The notes below the pieces were generated by a model, which ran no database searches, was not told the origin of the DNA, and saw only the letters and a program-made list of their open reading frames with translations. A stretch of DNA of 64,000 nt from Candidatus Hermodarchaeota archaeon (GTDB lineage: Archaea > Asgardarchaeota > Lokiarchaeia > Sigyniarchaeales > SOKP01), in NCBI GenBank assembly GCA_048885925.1, contig JBHLLG010000002.1, positions 32,001 through 96,000 on the forward strand, read 5' to 3'. Position 1 is the stretch's first letter, and the number at the start of each line of letters is the position of its first letter. Position numbers and translations under genes: made by a program. This document shows, in pieces, positions 61,203 through 64,000 of this stretch.

Positions 61203-62696
61203 ATGGTAAAGAGAAAACAATTTACTGAATTAGTTTTAGTAGAAACAGATAAAGAGATTTTAGAGGAAAGGGGCAAAAATCTTTTCCAAATAGATTTCTT
61301 AAAGGCAGCAATGATATTTTTAGTTATATTTGATCATATGGTAGCATGGGGGGTAAAAGATCAGATGGGTGTTACCTTATGGGAAAGGATCTCAATTCCG
61401 GTCTTTTTAGTGATAATGGGATTTAATATGGGACTTTCTTTTCAAAGAAGAGGAGTTTCCAAGTTAAAGGAATTATACTCCTGGAGTTATTTTAAAAGTA
61501 AAATTTTACGATATATCGTACCATTTCTTGTATTATATGGATTTTCTACGATAATTGGACTAAGTTTTTATCAATTTAATATTACAGCGATGTACCATGG
61601 ACAATATTATCCAGAACATGGATTTATTCAATTATTTACCGGAATTTTACCATTTTGGGGTGCTGGAAATTGGTTTATTCCTGTAATTCTCGGTTCAATA
61701 GTAATATTCCCATTACTATATTGGGCATTTACTAAGAAACCAATCCTAACATTAATTCTTTGTTTTGCTGTTGAGATCATAATGCAATTAATTGTATTTT
61801 TCGTAATAGGACAAATTACAACTTGGGAAGAAGCGCATATTGTTAATTTATTTATGACAAGTTTTCCATTCTATCTATCTGCTATAGGATTAGGTCTGTG
61901 GTTTTCATTTAATCGTAAGCCTTTTTCAAGACGTAACTTGTTTATCTGGATTTTATTTCCAATTAGTTTAACATATATGATATTCTACCAATTCTTCGAT
62001 TTTCGATTCCGAATCGGGGATGTTCCACTATTCAGAGGAGATTACCTTTTCTTAATATTTCCATACTCAACAGTATTATTTCTATTAGTAATGATGATAT
62101 TACCTCAGAAGTCAGACAACAAATTTTCACGAGCAATTTCATTAATAGGAAAGTCAACATATCATATATTACTTACTCAAATGTTGGGTTACGGAATAAT
62201 TTTTATGTGGAGAAATACAACTTTTCTTATAGATGTTGGATTCACATTTTTGGAGGCATTGCTCTTAATATTTGCTTGGATGATATTTATCCCTTTCGGT
62301 ATTCTATGGTATAAAATTGATCAAGAAACAAATTTAATTAAGCGTTTGTTATACTATGTAAATTTCTTCTTAGTTTATGGCGGTTTAGTACATTTCATCT
62401 TTATTTACATTTATTATATATTGCATCCAACCTTTAATGCGTGGATACCAATCACTTTGATTGTTATGCTTATTTATGGGGCTGCAGGACTAATCATTAA
62501 ATTTTTTGTGAAAAAACCAATTAAAACGACTACTCTGGCTATTTGGACATCATTTTTAGTATATAATTTCTTTATTTCAGTACTATACATTGAAATTCTC
62601 CCTCCTACTGAGTATTTGGTACAAAATATTTCCACAGGTACATTCCTCATCTTCGCAATAATAGGTACAGTTTTAGATTATACTCTTAGGAAATAA
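61203..62696 (+). CDS. Acyltransferase-3 family membrane protein
   Basis: QIDFLKAAMIFLVIFDH, IPVFLVIMGF, WFIP, IGKSTYHILLTQ; start placed at ATG 61203 after an AGGTGA SD. Confidence 0.85.
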   Translation: MVKRKQFTELVLVETDKEILEERGKNLFQIDFLKAAMIFLVIFDHMVAWGVKDQMGVTLWERISIPVFLVIMGFNMGLSFQRRGVSKLKELYSWSYFKSKILRYIVPFLVLYGFSTIIGLSFYQFNITAMYHGQYYPEHGFIQLFTGILPFWGAGNWFIPVILGSIVIFPLLYWAFTKKPILTLILCFAVEIIMQLIVFFVIGQITTWEEAHIVNLFMTSFPFYLSAIGLGLWFSFNRKPFSRRNLFIWILFPISLTYMIFYQFFDFRFRIGDVPLFRGDYLFLIFPYSTVLFLLVMMILPQKSDNKFSRAISLIGKSTYHILLTQMLGYGIIFMWRNTTFLIDVGFTFLEALLLIFAWMIFIPFGILWYKIDQETNLIKRLLYYVNFFLVYGGLVHFIFIYIYYILHPTFNAWIPITLIVMLIYGAAGLIIKFFVKKPIKTTTLAIWTSFLVYNFFISVLYIEILPPTEYLVQNISTGTFLIFAIIGTVLDYTLRK

Positions 62697-62711
62697 ATCT
62701 TTTTTTTTTTT
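62697..62711 (+). terminator. Oligo-T archaeal terminator candidate
   Basis: Long T run directly after the stop codon. Confidence 0.5.
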
Positions 62712-62740
62712 ATTATTTAGTTTTAATTAAACGAAATGAA

Positions 62741-62757
62741 AAATTGGACTCCAATTT
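62741..62757. promoter_or_regulatory. Palindromic operator candidate AAATTGGA-C-TCCAATTT
   Basis: Perfect 8-1-8 palindrome about 75 nt upstream of 62832; variants at 13358, 61111, 63565 and 63793. Confidence 0.65.
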
Positions 62758-62831
62758 AGTTTAATATATAAATAATAATATTATTTTTTAACATTAGATT
62801 TATTTTTAAATATAAAATAAGAGGTTGTTTT

Positions 62832-63503
62832 ATGCCTTTAAATGAAATTAGAAAGAAGCTCAGTATAGGGACTACTGGATTATGGATTATTTTTGGGATT
62901 GTTACCATTGTAATGATAGCTCTTTTGGTAGGCGAAGTTTTTGGACCTTATGATTATTGGATTTCAATAATTGCTATTGGAGTTGTACTAATATTAGCAA
63001 TTGCTGCTACTATTGTTGATTTAAGTTCTAAAAGGAAAGGAAAAGTAGGCATTATAGGAATATGGACTATTTTTGGAATGACTTTTATTGTTTTTGCTGC
63101 TCTAATCATAGGAGAAGTTTTTGGACCCGATGATTTTTGGATTCCTATAATCCCTGTTGGTACTTTACTGATTCTAGCGATTATCGCCACAATTTATGAA
63201 TATATATCTGGAGATGTAAGATTTTGTCCTATATGCGGAAAAAGATTTGAGAAAAAATGGGATTTTTGTCAAGAATGTGGTTCAAGAGTTCTTATGAATT
63301 GCCCATCATGTGGTACAAAAATAAAAGGGAATCCGAAATTTTGCGTCAAATGTGGAATAAATTTAAGTGAAATTGAAGTAATTCAAACTTCTTCTCCTAG
63401 TTTTAAATTTAAAAGAGAAGGATATACAAAATTATGTAGGCAATGTGGAGCACCAGCTAAACCTGATGCTAAATACTGCGTATATTGTGGTGCTTCTCAA
63501 TAA
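62832..63503 (+). CDS. Membrane protein (duplicated TM hairpin) with multiple C-terminal zinc ribbons
   Basis: GEVFGPYDYWI / GEVFGPDDFWI internal repeat; six CxxC motifs (double zinc ribbon type). Confidence 0.85.
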   Translation: MPLNEIRKKLSIGTTGLWIIFGIVTIVMIALLVGEVFGPYDYWISIIAIGVVLILAIAATIVDLSSKRKGKVGIIGIWTIFGMTFIVFAALIIGEVFGPDDFWIPIIPVGTLLILAIIATIYEYISGDVRFCPICGKRFEKKWDFCQECGSRVLMNCPSCGTKIKGNPKFCVKCGINLSEIEVIQTSSPSFKFKREGYTKLCRQCGAPAKPDAKYCVYCGASQ

Positions 63504-63595
63504 TTTTTTTTACTTTTACGAATTAAAGTTATAGCATTTTAAACTGAACTTTATTGTCAATAAAAATTGGACTACTTTATAATTTACTTCTTTCT

Positions 63596-63803
63596 TTAAA
63601 TCTGCTTAACTAAATAATATGGTTCACAATTATATAAAAATTTAGGAATATTCCAAGTAATCAATGGATTTAGGTAATATGTAGGTGATATGAAACTTTT
63701 TTTTAAGAAAGATAATCTTATAAGTAAATCAATTTTATTCATATAAAATTTAACTTCTTTAGTTAATGATGTCCCATTATTTAAGATATAAAAATTGGAC
63801 TCC
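63596..63803. repeat. 208-bp direct repeat, copy 2 (upstream of acyltransferase 2)
   Basis: Ungapped match to 60914..61121. Confidence 0.92.
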
Positions 63804-63884
63804 TTATTTATTATAATTCTTTTTTTTTGCAATAATATTATCTTAATGTTTCTTAAAGAATTTAAATAAAAAAGTGAAACTTAA

Positions 63885-64000
63885 ATGAAAGATAGAAAAA
63901 CAGATACAAAAGTAGTTTTAGTAGAAACTGAAAAAGATTTCCTAGAAGAAAGTAGAGAGAGATTCTTCCAAGTAGATGTTCTAAAAGCAATTATGATCTT
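63885..64000 (+). CDS. Acyltransferase-3 family protein paralog, 5' fragment at the window edge
   Basis: MKDRKTDTKVVLVETEKDFLEESRERFFQVDVLKAIMI matches the N-terminus of 61203..62696. Confidence 0.85.
   Translation, partial: MKDRKTDTKVVLVETEKDFLEESRERFFQVDVLKAIMI

Noticed and set aside
5060-63190. Short antisense or overlapping track ORFs (e.g. 5060, 5946, 7083, 8094, 14077, 14725, 14924, 17018, 17592, 24480, 26052, 28942, 30965, 32547, 36942, 41087, 42134, 43313, 44963, 45545, 46666, 47468, 47607, 48397, 49002, 49683, 55283, 62954)
   Set aside because: They lie opposite well-supported genes and show no recognisable motifs.
63596-63832. 78-aa minus-strand ORF over repeat copy 2
   Set aside because: The equivalent frame in copy 1 has two stop codons and no motif supports coding.
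1-64000. tRNA, rRNA, CRISPR arrays, transposases, integrases
   Set aside because: No GC-rich structured RNA segments, regularly spaced repeats or mobile-element ORFs were visible by eye; a covariance-model scan would be needed to exclude small RNAs.

Overview
AT-rich archaeal chromosomal window whose gene content points to an Asgard (Lokiarchaeia-like) host: several Rab/Arf/Rag-like small GTPases, a eukaryote-like STT3/AglB, and archaeal replication and translation clusters (PCNA, PriL/PriS, GINS, aIF2-alpha, Nop10, L44e, S27e, TFS, RpoL, Csl4, EF-1A, aIF5B, CCA enzyme, RFC-S, TFB), plus uvrAB. I found no tRNA, rRNA, CRISPR array or mobile element. Main discovery: the EF-2-family gene (minus strand, 22787..25069) is split by a 30-nt insert (24851..24880) carrying an in-frame TAA. 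The insert folds with its flanks into an archaeal bulge-helix-bulge-type splice motif. Cutting at the canonical tRNA-splicing-endonuclease positions removes exactly these 30 nt and restores the conserved switch-I sequence (MTDSD|DEEQERGITI), so this is a candidate tRNA-type intron in the mRNA of a core translation factor. Secondary signals: a small GTPase with no canonical start codon behind a long hairpin (second intron or near-cognate start), an ATT-initiated gene, a recurring TTGGACTCCAA palindrome, a 208-bp ungapped duplicated intergenic element, and several apparent enzyme-to-sensor fusions (CoA-transferase-GNAT facing acs, HTH-ATP-cone-NrdD-like, wHTH-inserted Taw1). All calls come from reading the sequence; no database search or folding computation was run.
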